From an uncultured virus (IMG/VR IMGVR_UViG_3300043774_000843) (Duplodnaviria; Heunggongvirae; Uroviricota; Caudoviricetes), in IMG/VR virus record IMGVR_UViG_3300043774_000843: 64,000 bases of DNA; one strand, written 5' to 3'. Of the stretch, positions 48,846-59,047 are shown piece by piece. Made by a program: the position numbers and the translations under genes. The notes under the pieces are model-generated. The model was not told the DNA's origin. It worked only from the letters and a program-made list of their open reading frames with translations, and searched no databases. Within the stretch, counting starts at the first letter, position 1, and every line of letters begins with the position of its first letter.

Positions 48846-49235
48846 CTACTCGAAATTGTAATAGTTGAAAAGTGCATCAGAAGTGGAATTTCCTCCACCA
48901 CCTGCCGTAATACCTCCTTGTAAAGTCCAAGTATCAGCAGCTATTTTTATTAACTCACACATAGCGTATTGAGCAATTAAATCTAAAACACCGCCTTGAC
49001 TATTTATTGTAACTCCAACTCCACCATTTATAGAAGTTTGACCTGCACCTGCTTGGAGAACATATACTCTTGTTCCTAATAGAAAATCTACTGTCGCATC
49101 ATTTGGAATAGTAACCGTATTTGCACTACCTACATTCATTATAATCAAAGTAGAAGTGTCTGTTTTTTGCAAAACATAACTTGATGATTGATTATTAAGT
49201 TTTAAATTCTCGGTTTGTAAAAATTCTAAAGACAT
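48846..49235 (-). CDS. Structural protein (paralog of the 41003 N-terminal domain)
   Basis: Shared sequence blocks. Confidence 0.6.
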   Translation of the reverse strand: MSLEFLQTENLKLNNQSSSYVLQKTDTSTLIIMNVGSANTVTIPNDATVDFLLGTRVYVLQAGAGQTSINGGVGVTINSQGGVLDLIAQYAMCELIKIAADTWTLQGGITAGGGGNSTSDALFNYYNFE

Positions 49236-49250
49236 TTTTTATTTTTTAAA

Positions 49251-51683
49251 TTACCAAGCGACTTCTTCAAAATAAACACTTGCTACAATTCTAAAAGTTG
49301 AGCCATTTGCTGTTGTTGGAGCAACCATTGTTAATTGTAAATCATTACTTCCACCAACTGCGTAAGTTAAATCAGATGTACTCATAGTTGCATCTGATTG
49401 ATTTGCAACTCTTGTTTGTACGCCACTTATACTTGAAGTTCCACCAACACGTTTAAAGAAAAATGTATCAGTTGCATATTTAACATCTCCAACAATAACT
49501 GTACCTGTACCAACTGATGTTGCAACCATAACCCACTTAACCATTACGTTCCAAGCTCTATTATTTCCGTTTGGTAAAATTGTTTGAGAAGTACCATCAA
49601 GATATAATATAGATGTTCCTGCTGAATTTAATGTAGCCAATTTTCTTGCAATAACTTTTGAAGATTGAGCATCACCAACAGATGCGAAAACCCCACTTGA
49701 ATAAGCGTTTTGAGAATATAAATAAGAGTAACCACCGTAGCCACCACTAATTGTAGAATAAGTACACGAAGCTGTGTTTAGAAAACCACCACCTATTGTA
49801 GAAGTACAACCCGATGAATTATTGCAATAACCTCCACTTATTGTTGAATCATTGCCTGATGCTGTATTAAAACATCCAGCTCCAATGAATGAACCAATAC
49901 CCGATGCGTTATTATTATACCCACCACTTATAGTCGAATACTGTTGTGTTGTCAAATTTTGAAATCCACCTCCAATAGTTGAATATTTACCTGCATTACA
50001 AATTGTTGGTGCTACTGAAAAACAATTATTTGTGCTATCCCAAGTACCTCCTGTCGTATTATTTCCAACGCCACCTGATACTGTTGCTCCTACGGAATAA
50101 CATCCACTTGTTGAATTACAAATATTATTACATTGACCACCTCCAACAAAAGAATAGAAACCTTGTACTAAATTCGCATAACCTCCACTAATTGTTGAAA
50201 TAATCCCTGATGCTGTATTACAAATACCACCCGATATAGTGCTTATCTCACCCGAAGCCACGTTATTTGCTCCGCCACCTATTGTACCGCAAGAGCAACT
50301 CGCTGTATTTCCATAACCACCCGATATTGTCGTGTTTGCTGCCGATGCTATATTACCTTCACCGCCACCTATAACACTTGCAATTCCTGAAACTGTATTG
50401 CCATAACCACCACTAATAGTCGAACGATAAATAGTAACCGAATTATCTGAACCTCCACCTATCGTTGATGTATAACAAGAAATTATATTGTTATAACCAC
50501 CCGAAATTGTAGAAAATGCTGCTATATTTGATACGCCACCATCTACACAATTTGCATAACCACCCGATATTGTATTAGATGATGTACTACATTGAATAAG
50601 GTTTTTATATCCCCCCGAAACTGTATTGTTCCCTACAATATATGTTTTTCCACCAGTATAAGGAGTTGAATTAGTACATATACAATTTTGATAACCACCG
50701 CCTATAACATTAGGTAAACAAGCAACTATTTCACAATATGGAGTTGCTGCACATATTTTATTTTGAAAACCACCAAAAATTGAAGAGTATTTATAATCTA
50801 TAAGATTTGAATCCCCTCCTCCTATTGAAGAATATAAACCCGATGCAGTATTTTGACGACCTCCGTTAATTGTTGAGTAATTTGCTGACGCTGAATTATT
50901 ACGACCACCTGCAATGTTTGAATAATTACCCGATGAAGTATTTGCGAATCCACCTGCAACTGTTGAAAAACAAGCACTTGAAATATTCCCACTTCCACCA
51001 CCTATGGTAGCATAATTAGCGGATGAAGTATTACAATATCCACCACTTATGGTAGTGTAATTACAACTTGAATTATTATTTCGACCACCACTTATTGAAG
51101 AATATACACCCGATGCTGTATTCCCACATCCTCCACCTATTGTAGCATAGTTTTGATTTGAAGTATTATTAGCTCCTCCCCCTACATTAGCAAATAAACT
51201 TGATGCTGTGTTAAAACAGCCACCACTAATTGTAGTATAAGGTTTAGTTGCTGAATTAGAATAACCTCCACTAACGATTGTATAATCACAACTTGATATA
51301 TTGTTATATCCGCCACTAATAGTTGAGTAAACACCTGATGCAGTATTTCCACGACCTCCGCCAATGGTTGATAGATTACATGATGCTATATTATTATATC
51401 CTCCACTAACTGTTGTATAATCACAAGATGCAGTGTTACCTCTACCGCCACTTACAGTTGAGGAATAGTTTGATGATGTATTCTGATACCCTCCTCCAAC
51501 GCTTGAATAATTACCCGATGCAGTATTATTAACTCCTAAAGCTGTTGAATAAATTCCCGAAGAACTATTACTATTCCCACAACGATATGAACTTCCCGAA
51601 CCTGCTCCAAGCAAAATAACAGCATTTCCACCGCCACCGCCTCCACCCGAAGTTCCTGTCCATCCAAAATTTGAAATTTCCAT
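49251..51683 (-). CDS. Gly/Ser/Asn/Cys-rich beta-roll repeat protein (trimeric adhesin head-like)
   Basis: Dozens of ~15-aa S.I.GG..N.AS repeats. Confidence 0.7.
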   Translation of the reverse strand: MEISNFGWTGTSGGGGGGGNAVILLGAGSGSSYRCGNSNSSSGIYSTALGVNNTASGNYSSVGGGYQNTSSNYSSTVSGGRGNTASCDYTTVSGGYNNIASCNLSTIGGGRGNTASGVYSTISGGYNNISSCDYTIVSGGYSNSATKPYTTISGGCFNTASSLFANVGGGANNTSNQNYATIGGGCGNTASGVYSSISGGRNNNSSCNYTTISGGYCNTSSANYATIGGGSGNISSACFSTVAGGFANTSSGNYSNIAGGRNNSASANYSTINGGRQNTASGLYSSIGGGDSNLIDYKYSSIFGGFQNKICAATPYCEIVACLPNVIGGGYQNCICTNSTPYTGGKTYIVGNNTVSGGYKNLIQCSTSSNTISGGYANCVDGGVSNIAAFSTISGGYNNIISCYTSTIGGGSDNSVTIYRSTISGGYGNTVSGIASVIGGGEGNIASAANTTISGGYGNTASCSCGTIGGGANNVASGEISTISGGICNTASGIISTISGGYANLVQGFYSFVGGGQCNNICNSTSGCYSVGATVSGGVGNNTTGGTWDSTNNCFSVAPTICNAGKYSTIGGGFQNLTTQQYSTISGGYNNNASGIGSFIGAGCFNTASGNDSTISGGYCNNSSGCTSTIGGGFLNTASCTYSTISGGYGGYSYLYSQNAYSSGVFASVGDAQSSKVIARKLATLNSAGTSILYLDGTSQTILPNGNNRAWNVMVKWVMVATSVGTGTVIVGDVKYATDTFFFKRVGGTSSISGVQTRVANQSDATMSTSDLTYAVGGSNDLQLTMVAPTTANGSTFRIVASVYFEEVAW

Positions 51684-51700
51684 TTAATAAGTTTTAATGT

Positions 51701-52362
51701 TTATCTTGCTATTACCTCTATTGTTCCTGCTGTCGCATCAATTATAAATTCACTAATGTATTTAGATTGTTCTGAACTTACTGTTACAGGCTCACCAACT
51801 ACAAGTGGAATTGGAGCTGAACTTATAGCGCCTAAAGGCTTTGTTCCTGAATATGTACCTGCACCTGCTGTTAATTTTAAAGCAACTGCTGTAATACCAA
51901 ATTCTTCATTTATAGTTAAAGTACCTGCTGATAAAACGTAGGTAAATATTGGTTGTTTCTTATCAAAACTCATTTTTATTTTATTTTTTCATAAAGCGAT
52001 TAAATATAGTCATCTAAATTTAATGGCTTTACTGGGTTTGTTTCTTTAAATAAATAAAGTAACGGTTCACAATCATCAGTTTTCGTGTAAATTCTTACAT
52101 TTACTAAAGGTTCAGGTATTGAATTTTTTTTGGAAATAGTATCAATAATTGTATTTAACTTATTTCCTACCATAAAAGCAACTATTGAATTTAAGTTCAA
52201 TGCTGTTGCGATGTTGGTTTGCTCTAAAATTTCCGAATTTTTCATAATCTCGTATTTAAGATTATCATTTGGTTTAGAAATTTTAATTCTCAATTCCTTC
52301 TCGCTGATTTTGTGTTTGCTACTCAATGAACGAATTGCGTTTTTTAGTGTTTCCTTAATCAT
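51701..52362 (-). other. Two hypothetical genes (51701-51973, 52000-52362)
   Basis: ORF track. Confidence 0.55.
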
Positions 52363-52433
52363 AGTGTCTAATTTAGTTTGATTTGATTTTTATTTTGATT
52401 TTCTTTGGTTTTCACTTGACAAATTTAACAAAT

Positions 52434-52958
52434 TTAATCACATTTTTTAGCGTTTGGATTAGGTGTTAATAATTCTTGCAATGTAACATCTTCCTCAAAA
52501 GGTATTTCTTTTAATGAAATTCCTCCTGTTTTTGCTGAAAAATATCCTTTTGTTGTTATTACAAGTTTTTCTTTGTCATAAATTATTGGTGCTATATTGG
52601 TTAAACCTGCTCTTAATAAATCTTTTGGATTAAACTCAAAGTCAAGTTTAATTGTAGTAGACGATTTGCTATAAAGCGTTTGTTTTTCTATCTTTTTAAT
52701 CTTAGTTATAAATAATTTATTTACATAAATATTAAAATTTAGATTTGAGATTTCTATTGTTAAATCACTTTCATTTACAATTTTAAAAAACAAAGTAATT
52801 TTTACGTTATCTAATCCTAATGTATGAATGATACCACCCGAAATAGTATAACAAGCATCTTTTAATAAGTTGAATTGATTTTTAAAGTATGCAATTAAAC
52901 TAATTAAAGCTAAAGATATACCCCCTATTATTAATCCGTTTCTTAATCCTTTATTCAT
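52434..52958 (-). CDS. LEA_2/WHy-like domain protein with N-terminal TM
   Basis: KIVNESDLTIEISNLNFNIYVN pattern. Confidence 0.6.
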   Translation of the reverse strand: MNKGLRNGLIIGGISLALISLIAYFKNQFNLLKDACYTISGGIIHTLGLDNVKITLFFKIVNESDLTIEISNLNFNIYVNKLFITKIKKIEKQTLYSKSSTTIKLDFEFNPKDLLRAGLTNIAPIIYDKEKLVITTKGYFSAKTGGISLKEIPFEEDVTLQELLTPNPNAKKCD

Positions 52959-52996
52959 TTTTTAATTTTTTATCGAATGTTGCAAATATCGTGATT

Positions 52997-54535
52997 TTAC
53001 ATATCATTTTTAATCTGATAAAAGAAATCTTTTACCGAAACTTTTGATAATGGCACTAAATTATCAAATTTATTTCCATTAATCGGCTTAACTTTATTTC
53101 TAAACAAATCAAAATTATCAGTTTTTGTTAAGAGTTTTGATTTTTCAAGCTGTTGCTGAACTAAAATTAACTTAATTGACGATTGACCCTGAATAGTAAA
53201 GTTTGAAAGAGAAGTGTTTGCATCTAAAGTAAAACCCCTATTACCAAAATCAATTTTTGATACTGATGCTTGGAACTGATTAACATTCAAAGACAAAGCA
53301 GGGAATTTAGGATAGTAAAAAGCCTTACCATTTGCATCTTTTGTTGTTGCGTATATTACCTGATTTATGTTAGCAATGTTATTTGAATATAACATAAATT
53401 GCTTAACATTAACAGGGTTATATAGTAAATCTCTTACAAAGTCGTTATAATTGAAGCTACCTGTTATAAATGTAGTTGTTAATGAAGTTATTGGAGTAAT
53501 TGTATTTCCAAAAAAATTAGAAGTGAAAATAGAATTATTAGTTGGATTGAATGTAACACCAAATGGCGCAGATGGAGTTGATACTATGTTTGAAACAGTA
53601 TTAGTTGAACAATTTATAGTATAAATATCAAGCGAACCTGTATTTGTTACAAACATTGAATTACTAATATTATCATAAATAATATCATAAGGATTTGTAC
53701 CAACTGGAACGCTACTTACTAATGTATTTGTAGAACAATCAATTACCGAAACATCGTTAGAACCTTGATTTACTACATAAATCGTATTATTAACTGAGCA
53801 ATACTCTATGGTAAACTGATTCGTTCCAGATGGATTTGTAGTGAGCGTAGTAGTATTTGTATTGCAATCTAAAATAATTATATTTGAAGATGGTGCATTA
53901 TCTAAAATATAAACAGAATTATTATTTGAGTTATATGTTAAATCAGTAGGAACAAATCCTAAAGGCATTGCTATTGTTGCTACTACTAAATTTGTATTGC
54001 AATCAATTATATTTACATCTTGACTTCCTTGATTAGAAACATACATGAAATTATTTGTAGGATTATAAACTATACCAAAAGGTAGTAACCCCATTCCTAT
54101 TGGTAAACCAACTACTGTATTAGTAGAACAATTAATTACAACTACTTCGTCATTAGTTTGTCCAACTACATACATAAAATTGTTTATTGGATTGTATGCA
54201 ATTTGATTTATTTGAGGATTACCAACATTTATGGTTGCCACTATTGTATTTGTATTGCAATCTAAAACATTAACAAAATTAGTTCCTGCTGTTCCAATAT
54301 AAACAGTATTGTTATTTGAGCAAAAAGCTAAAAATAATGGAGCTACCACAGGTACACCTGTGCCGACTGAACTTGGAGCTGATAACTGACTTGGAGTATT
54401 TGTTAAAGTAGTTGTATTAAACAAGTCATAAACAATAGGCGCAGAAGTAACATTAACCAAATCAAATTCAGTTAAATAATACTGATTTTGATTAATACCA
54501 TACTTTTCTCCCTCTGTTTTATTAATTATACTCAT
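52997..54535 (-). CDS. YncE/YVTN beta-propeller inserted into a domain shared with 61616-62398
   Basis: Seven YN..NN..YV.N......VIDC.TN.VV repeats; flanking blocks match 61616. Confidence 0.75.
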   Translation of the reverse strand: MSIINKTEGEKYGINQNQYYLTEFDLVNVTSAPIVYDLFNTTTLTNTPSQLSAPSSVGTGVPVVAPLFLAFCSNNNTVYIGTAGTNFVNVLDCNTNTIVATINVGNPQINQIAYNPINNFMYVVGQTNDEVVVINCSTNTVVGLPIGMGLLPFGIVYNPTNNFMYVSNQGSQDVNIIDCNTNLVVATIAMPLGFVPTDLTYNSNNNSVYILDNAPSSNIIILDCNTNTTTLTTNPSGTNQFTIEYCSVNNTIYVVNQGSNDVSVIDCSTNTLVSSVPVGTNPYDIIYDNISNSMFVTNTGSLDIYTINCSTNTVSNIVSTPSAPFGVTFNPTNNSIFTSNFFGNTITPITSLTTTFITGSFNYNDFVRDLLYNPVNVKQFMLYSNNIANINQVIYATTKDANGKAFYYPKFPALSLNVNQFQASVSKIDFGNRGFTLDANTSLSNFTIQGQSSIKLILVQQQLEKSKLLTKTDNFDLFRNKVKPINGNKFDNLVPLSKVSVKDFFYQIKNDM

Positions 54536-54921
54536 TCGTATATTTTTGAAATTATTTCAAGAAATTTTTTGTTTTCTTCTTCCGTTCTATTTATTAATGT
54601 CTTATAAATTATATCGTAAAAACTTTTAACATCTTCAAATTTCATTTTCTCGATGGTTTCTTTTTTATCAACTAATTTACTTAAATCATAACCAAACTGA
54701 ATAGGTTGTTCGAGATATTTAATCCCCTCAAAGAACTCATCAAGGTTATTTATGTTTTTGTACCTCTCTCTTAATTCATTTAACTTTTGTTCGTCTTTAC
54801 TTTTATTTCTTTTATCAATAAAGTATTTTACAGCAAAATATCCTCCGACTAAAATTGTTGGAAGAACAACCCATGCTGTTACTTTTGTTGCCTTGCTATT
54901 TAAAATCTTTTTAAAGTCCAT
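54532..54921 (-). CDS. N-terminal TM protein
   Basis: WVVLPTILVGGYFAVKY. Confidence 0.6.
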   Translation of the reverse strand: MDFKKILNSKATKVTAWVVLPTILVGGYFAVKYFIDKRNKSKDEQKLNELRERYKNINNLDEFFEGIKYLEQPIQFGYDLSKLVDKKETIEKMKFEDVKSFYDIIYKTLINRTEEENKKFLEIISKIYE

Positions 54922-55577
54922 TAAACTAAAATATCTAATAATCCGTTAGTTCCCACTAATTTTGTTATGTATGCAGATGGCTCTTTAGGTAAAATCCCTA
55001 CTAATTCATCAACACTACCTTTATGCGATATTGTTTTTTTAGCAATTTTACCATAACGACCTGCGTTATAAATTACTGCAACTTTATCTAAACGAGGAAC
55101 TCCATTTTCAGAAAATTCGTCTGCAAGTTGCTTAACAATGATGCTACCAATAAGAATATTTAGTTCAGGATTAAATAATTCTTTTTTGCCAATCCACGTT
55201 TTACCAATACTCTTTTGATTTTTCTTTAGCTTTTCAAGATTTTTCATCTTGCTACCTAAATGCTTTTTCAATATTTCTTCTTCATCGTTGCTCAATCTAC
55301 CACTTGATTTTTCATAAACTAAAGCATCGGAAGCTGTTGCCAATCCAACTTGCATTAATCCAATAGCATAAGGAGTTTCTGCATTTTCCTTTCCTGCTGA
55401 TTCAATGAAAATGAAACTTTTTATTATTTCATCATTCAATCCAGTAATTTTAGAAACATTATTAATTATTTTACCATACTTAGTTACTATGACATCTTCA
55501 ATTTTATCCTTAATCAAAGGAACTTGTTTGCTATCATAGAATTTTAATGTAGTTGCAGGTATTTTTAATTTTGCCAT
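54921..55577 (-). CDS. Soluble lytic transglycosylase (SLT) domain protein
   Basis: IESAG, AIGLMQV, LFNPELNI.IG, YNAG. Confidence 0.85.
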   Translation of the reverse strand: MAKLKIPATTLKFYDSKQVPLIKDKIEDVIVTKYGKIINNVSKITGLNDEIIKSFIFIESAGKENAETPYAIGLMQVGLATASDALVYEKSSGRLSNDEEEILKKHLGSKMKNLEKLKKNQKSIGKTWIGKKELFNPELNILIGSIIVKQLADEFSENGVPRLDKVAVIYNAGRYGKIAKKTISHKGSVDELVGILPKEPSAYITKLVGTNGLLDILV

Positions 55578-55581
55578 AATT

Positions 55582-55746
55582 TTATTCTCTTACAAATTGT
55601 ATTTTACTTTGTTTTGATTCTGCTGTTACTTTATTTTCATCTATGTTAGGTTCATTCTTTGAAAATTTCTTATAAAGAAAATATCCTCCTACCGCAAGTG
55701 CTAAACCACCCACAACATATAAAATAGTTTTTGTTGTATTGTTCAT
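55582..55746 (-). CDS. 54-aa N-terminal TM protein
   Basis: Hand translation MNNTTKTILYVVGGLALAVGGYFLYKK... Confidence 0.6.
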   Translation of the reverse strand: MNNTTKTILYVVGGLALAVGGYFLYKKFSKNEPNIDENKVTAESKQSKIQFVRE

Positions 55747-55749
55747 AAT

Positions 55750-56274
55750 TTAAACTAATTGATTACTTAATGTGTTTTTTATTGGATTTGCTAATGGACT
55801 TTTTGTCAAATCTACGACTTCTTTTATAACTTTAAACTCCACTCTCCTATTTTTTTCTCTACCTTCTTCGGTTGAATTATCTGCAATAGGTTTTGTGCTA
55901 CCAAATCCATCTGCTTCAATTCTTGTAGGTTTTATTCCTTTTTCCTCTAAATATTTCTTAACAGAGTTTGCTCTTGCTTTAGATAGCTTTAAATTATAAT
56001 CAGCCGAACCTTTATTATCAGTATGACCTTCTAATTTTAAATTCCACTCTTTTTCTCTTAAAACATTTACTATTTCATCTAAAAAAGGAAATGAACTCGG
56101 TTTGATAACATCTTTGTTAAATTCAAACTGCAAATTATCATAAGCATCTTTGAAAACTTTTTCAGGACTTAAATTAGGTTTTGGTTTTGGCTTTCTTCTA
56201 AATGCTAAATACAACCCAAACGCTAAAGCAACTACTACTGCTCCCCCAATAATTAATTTATTCTTATTATTCAT
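55750..56274 (-). CDS. OmpA C-terminal peptidoglycan-binding domain protein with N-terminal TM
   Basis: FEFNKD, EGHTDNKGS..YN.KLS..RA, GFG...P, NRRVEF. Confidence 0.92.
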   Translation of the reverse strand: MNNKNKLIIGGAVVVALAFGLYLAFRRKPKPKPNLSPEKVFKDAYDNLQFEFNKDVIKPSSFPFLDEIVNVLREKEWNLKLEGHTDNKGSADYNLKLSKARANSVKKYLEEKGIKPTRIEADGFGSTKPIADNSTEEGREKNRRVEFKVIKEVVDLTKSPLANPIKNTLSNQLV

Positions 56275-58598
56275 TTTTTACTTTTTAATATAAACAATCC
56301 TACCGTTACACCTAATAATAATCCACCTAAACTATACATTATTTTACTCTTTCCAAATCTTTCAGCAACAAAATAAGCTAATATTCCACCGCCTAAACCT
56401 GTAATACTTGGTATTGTGTAATTATTTTTTTTATCTCCATCAATACTTGAAGTTTTTTCAAAATATTGTTTAAAGTTTTCTTTTGCTCCCGAATAAATTT
56501 TTTGCTCTTTATTTGTATCTGCAAATTTAATTACACGAAAACGATATATTATTTGATTTCCCTTTTTAACTTTCTGAATAACGTAAACAGCATCTCCCTC
56601 ATCGAGAACGCCATCAGTATTCCCATTAGGGAGTAAAAGTTCAAGTTTTTTTACAACTTCATAAACTTTTTTCCTCCCTCTACGGATTACTTCGTTATCT
56701 GAATAATTAGAATACATTTATTAAATTTTTAAACTGCTTCAAATTCAAAAGGATTTGCAGAAACAAAAACTTTTTCTTTGTCTTTATTTTGCAACCACAT
56801 ATAACCTACTGAATTATATCCTGATATTTTCCAATCAGAAAACAAGTGAGAACCACCATCAACAATTATTTTTTTACCATCTTTAGTAAAAGTTTTTCTT
56901 CCTGAATCAAAGTAATAAGTATCATAAGACATATCTTTACCTCCAATATATCTTACTTTTTTACCTTTTGCCCCTTCATTAAACAATGATTTACCAAACG
57001 CAACTCTTTGTTCAATCTTCTTACGATTTGCATCTATAACCGCCTTGTTATCTGATGCTTTTTCCTTATCTTCTGCTAATTTTTTAATTTCATCCTTATA
57101 AATTGAACCAAATTCTTTATAGGCTGCTCTTATAGTCGTATTATCAAATTCCCCTGTTGGCGATAAAATATCTCCCTTTAATCTCCATTCGGGTTTATTT
57201 TTGTTTACCCAAGCACGAAAAGCATTTCCTTCTTCTTTTGATTTAAAAGGTGTCGCAGGATATGTTTCTTTAGGAACAGTATTACTTGATTCTTTTTCTC
57301 TCGCTTCCGCTTCTTCTGCTGCTTTTGTCGCTTCTTCTTCGGATTTGTTTTTTTCTTCTTCGGCAACTTTATTTTTACTTCTCATCCACCAAAAAATTCC
57401 ACCACCAATTAATAATGCTGATGCTATTCCAATCCAAATTACTTTTTTGTTCATCTTTATTAGTTATTATTGTTAATTATTAGTTATTCTTGAATTTTTT
57501 GCATAGCTTCTTTAAAAGCGTAAATAGCAATTAGAGTTGTTAATGCACCAACTGCAATTACACCTGCACTTTTGCCTTTAACTCCATTTATTAAAGCATT
57601 AATTCCACCATAACCAACTACAATACTACCTACAATTACAGTTGCATCTGTTACTTTTCCTATTGTTCTCATTTTTTTTTGTTTTAATTATAATTACTTT
57701 GTTACTTTTTTGTATAGAATATAGCCACCTACACCTATTCCTACTATTACTAAAACAGGTATAACATATTTTAATACTTTCAATCCACCAAATATTCCCT
57801 CTGATAGATTTGATACTCCTTCCGATACTCCTACTACAACATCAGAACCTGCGCCTATTGGAGCAGCCAATACACCTAATCCACTATAAAGTTTATTTAA
57901 TAAATTTTCACTTCTAAAATAATCTCTGAAATTTTTGTTAAATGAACGACAGTTATATGTATTTGAAAATGAGCCTTGCATTTCCCACCATTTTAAGAAA
58001 TTGTTATCAGCAAATTGTTTTCCTTTTTTGGATTTCATTATTTTATGCCATTGAACCCAATCTTCGCAATTCCAATAGTCATCCCAACCCCAATCATCCA
58101 TGTTAGGAACTGAATTTTCGGTTATATCTTCGCCAGTAGATGCTTTATAATAAGTTGTTTTAAATGTTTCAGGCTGAAATGTTTCGGACTGAAATGTTTC
58201 ATTATCAACTTCCCCTGTATAGTTTCTATATATCATTTTATTTATTTTAAAGTTTCTAATAAATTAGCCCAAACAGAATTAGATTCTATTGTTCTTCCAT
58301 TATCAATAATCAATTTTTTACCTCCATTTAGATAAGTACCCTTTTTTAATGGTTCAGTAGATTTGTATTCTGCAATTATAAATCTATTATTAGGATAAAA
58401 TTGTGCTTTATGTTTCTTTTCATTAAAAATTGCTTGAATCATGTCGCCTCTATCTAAGAAATTACCTAAATTACTTTTTAAATCATCGTAATTCTTAATT
58501 TCAGGTTTACCTTTTTTATATATAAAAAAGTAGTAAACTGCACCAATCAATCCTAATGTTGATGCTACTATTAAAATTCCTTTAGTTTGTTTATTCAT
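56271..58598 (-). other. Five membrane-anchored proteins (56271-56717, 56729-57454, 57484-57672, 57694-58236, 58242-58598)
   Basis: Each has Gly-rich TM segments at one terminus; most are flanked by Lys/Arg. Confidence 0.65.
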
Positions 58599-59025
58599 AA
58601 GATTTTTTTTCTTCTGTGTAATAAGGTCTTAAAAAACATTTATTGTATTTTTTTCCATTTATGTAGTCATAAGGATATTTAGGCTCACGACCTAAAGCTA
58701 TTCTCATATCTTCCATGCTCATTTCAACTACCGTTTCGCCTCCATGCTCAAATTTCTTTTTTAAATTATCGTCAGAATGTTTTTTATCATCTCTTGATTC
58801 GTGATAAATTTGTTTTACATCATCAGGATAATTACCATCGCTATCTTTTTTATATTTTTCAATTTCAGATTTCAATGGTCTTTTAAATCTTAATTTTTTA
58901 CCTTTTTTATTTAAAGTTCCATCTTTTTTAGTAAGAGCATCAATTCCATCTGTTTTGAAACGATAACCAGTTGGTTTTGCTTTTACTGCCTTATCTTTAG
59001 CACTTGCTTTTTTCTTCTTTGCCAT
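58591..59025 (-). CDS. Basic protein with FEHGG motif and a C-terminal domain shared with 59048-61219
   Basis: Lys-rich N-terminus; LGREPKYP...G....KCFLRPYY. Confidence 0.65.
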   Translation of the reverse strand: MAKKKKASAKDKAVKAKPTGYRFKTDGIDALTKKDGTLNKKGKKLRFKRPLKSEIEKYKKDSDGNYPDDVKQIYHESRDDKKHSDDNLKKKFEHGGETVVEMSMEDMRIALGREPKYPYDYINGKKYNKCFLRPYYTEEKKSYE

Positions 59026-59047
59026 TTTTATTTTGGGTTTTTGAAAA

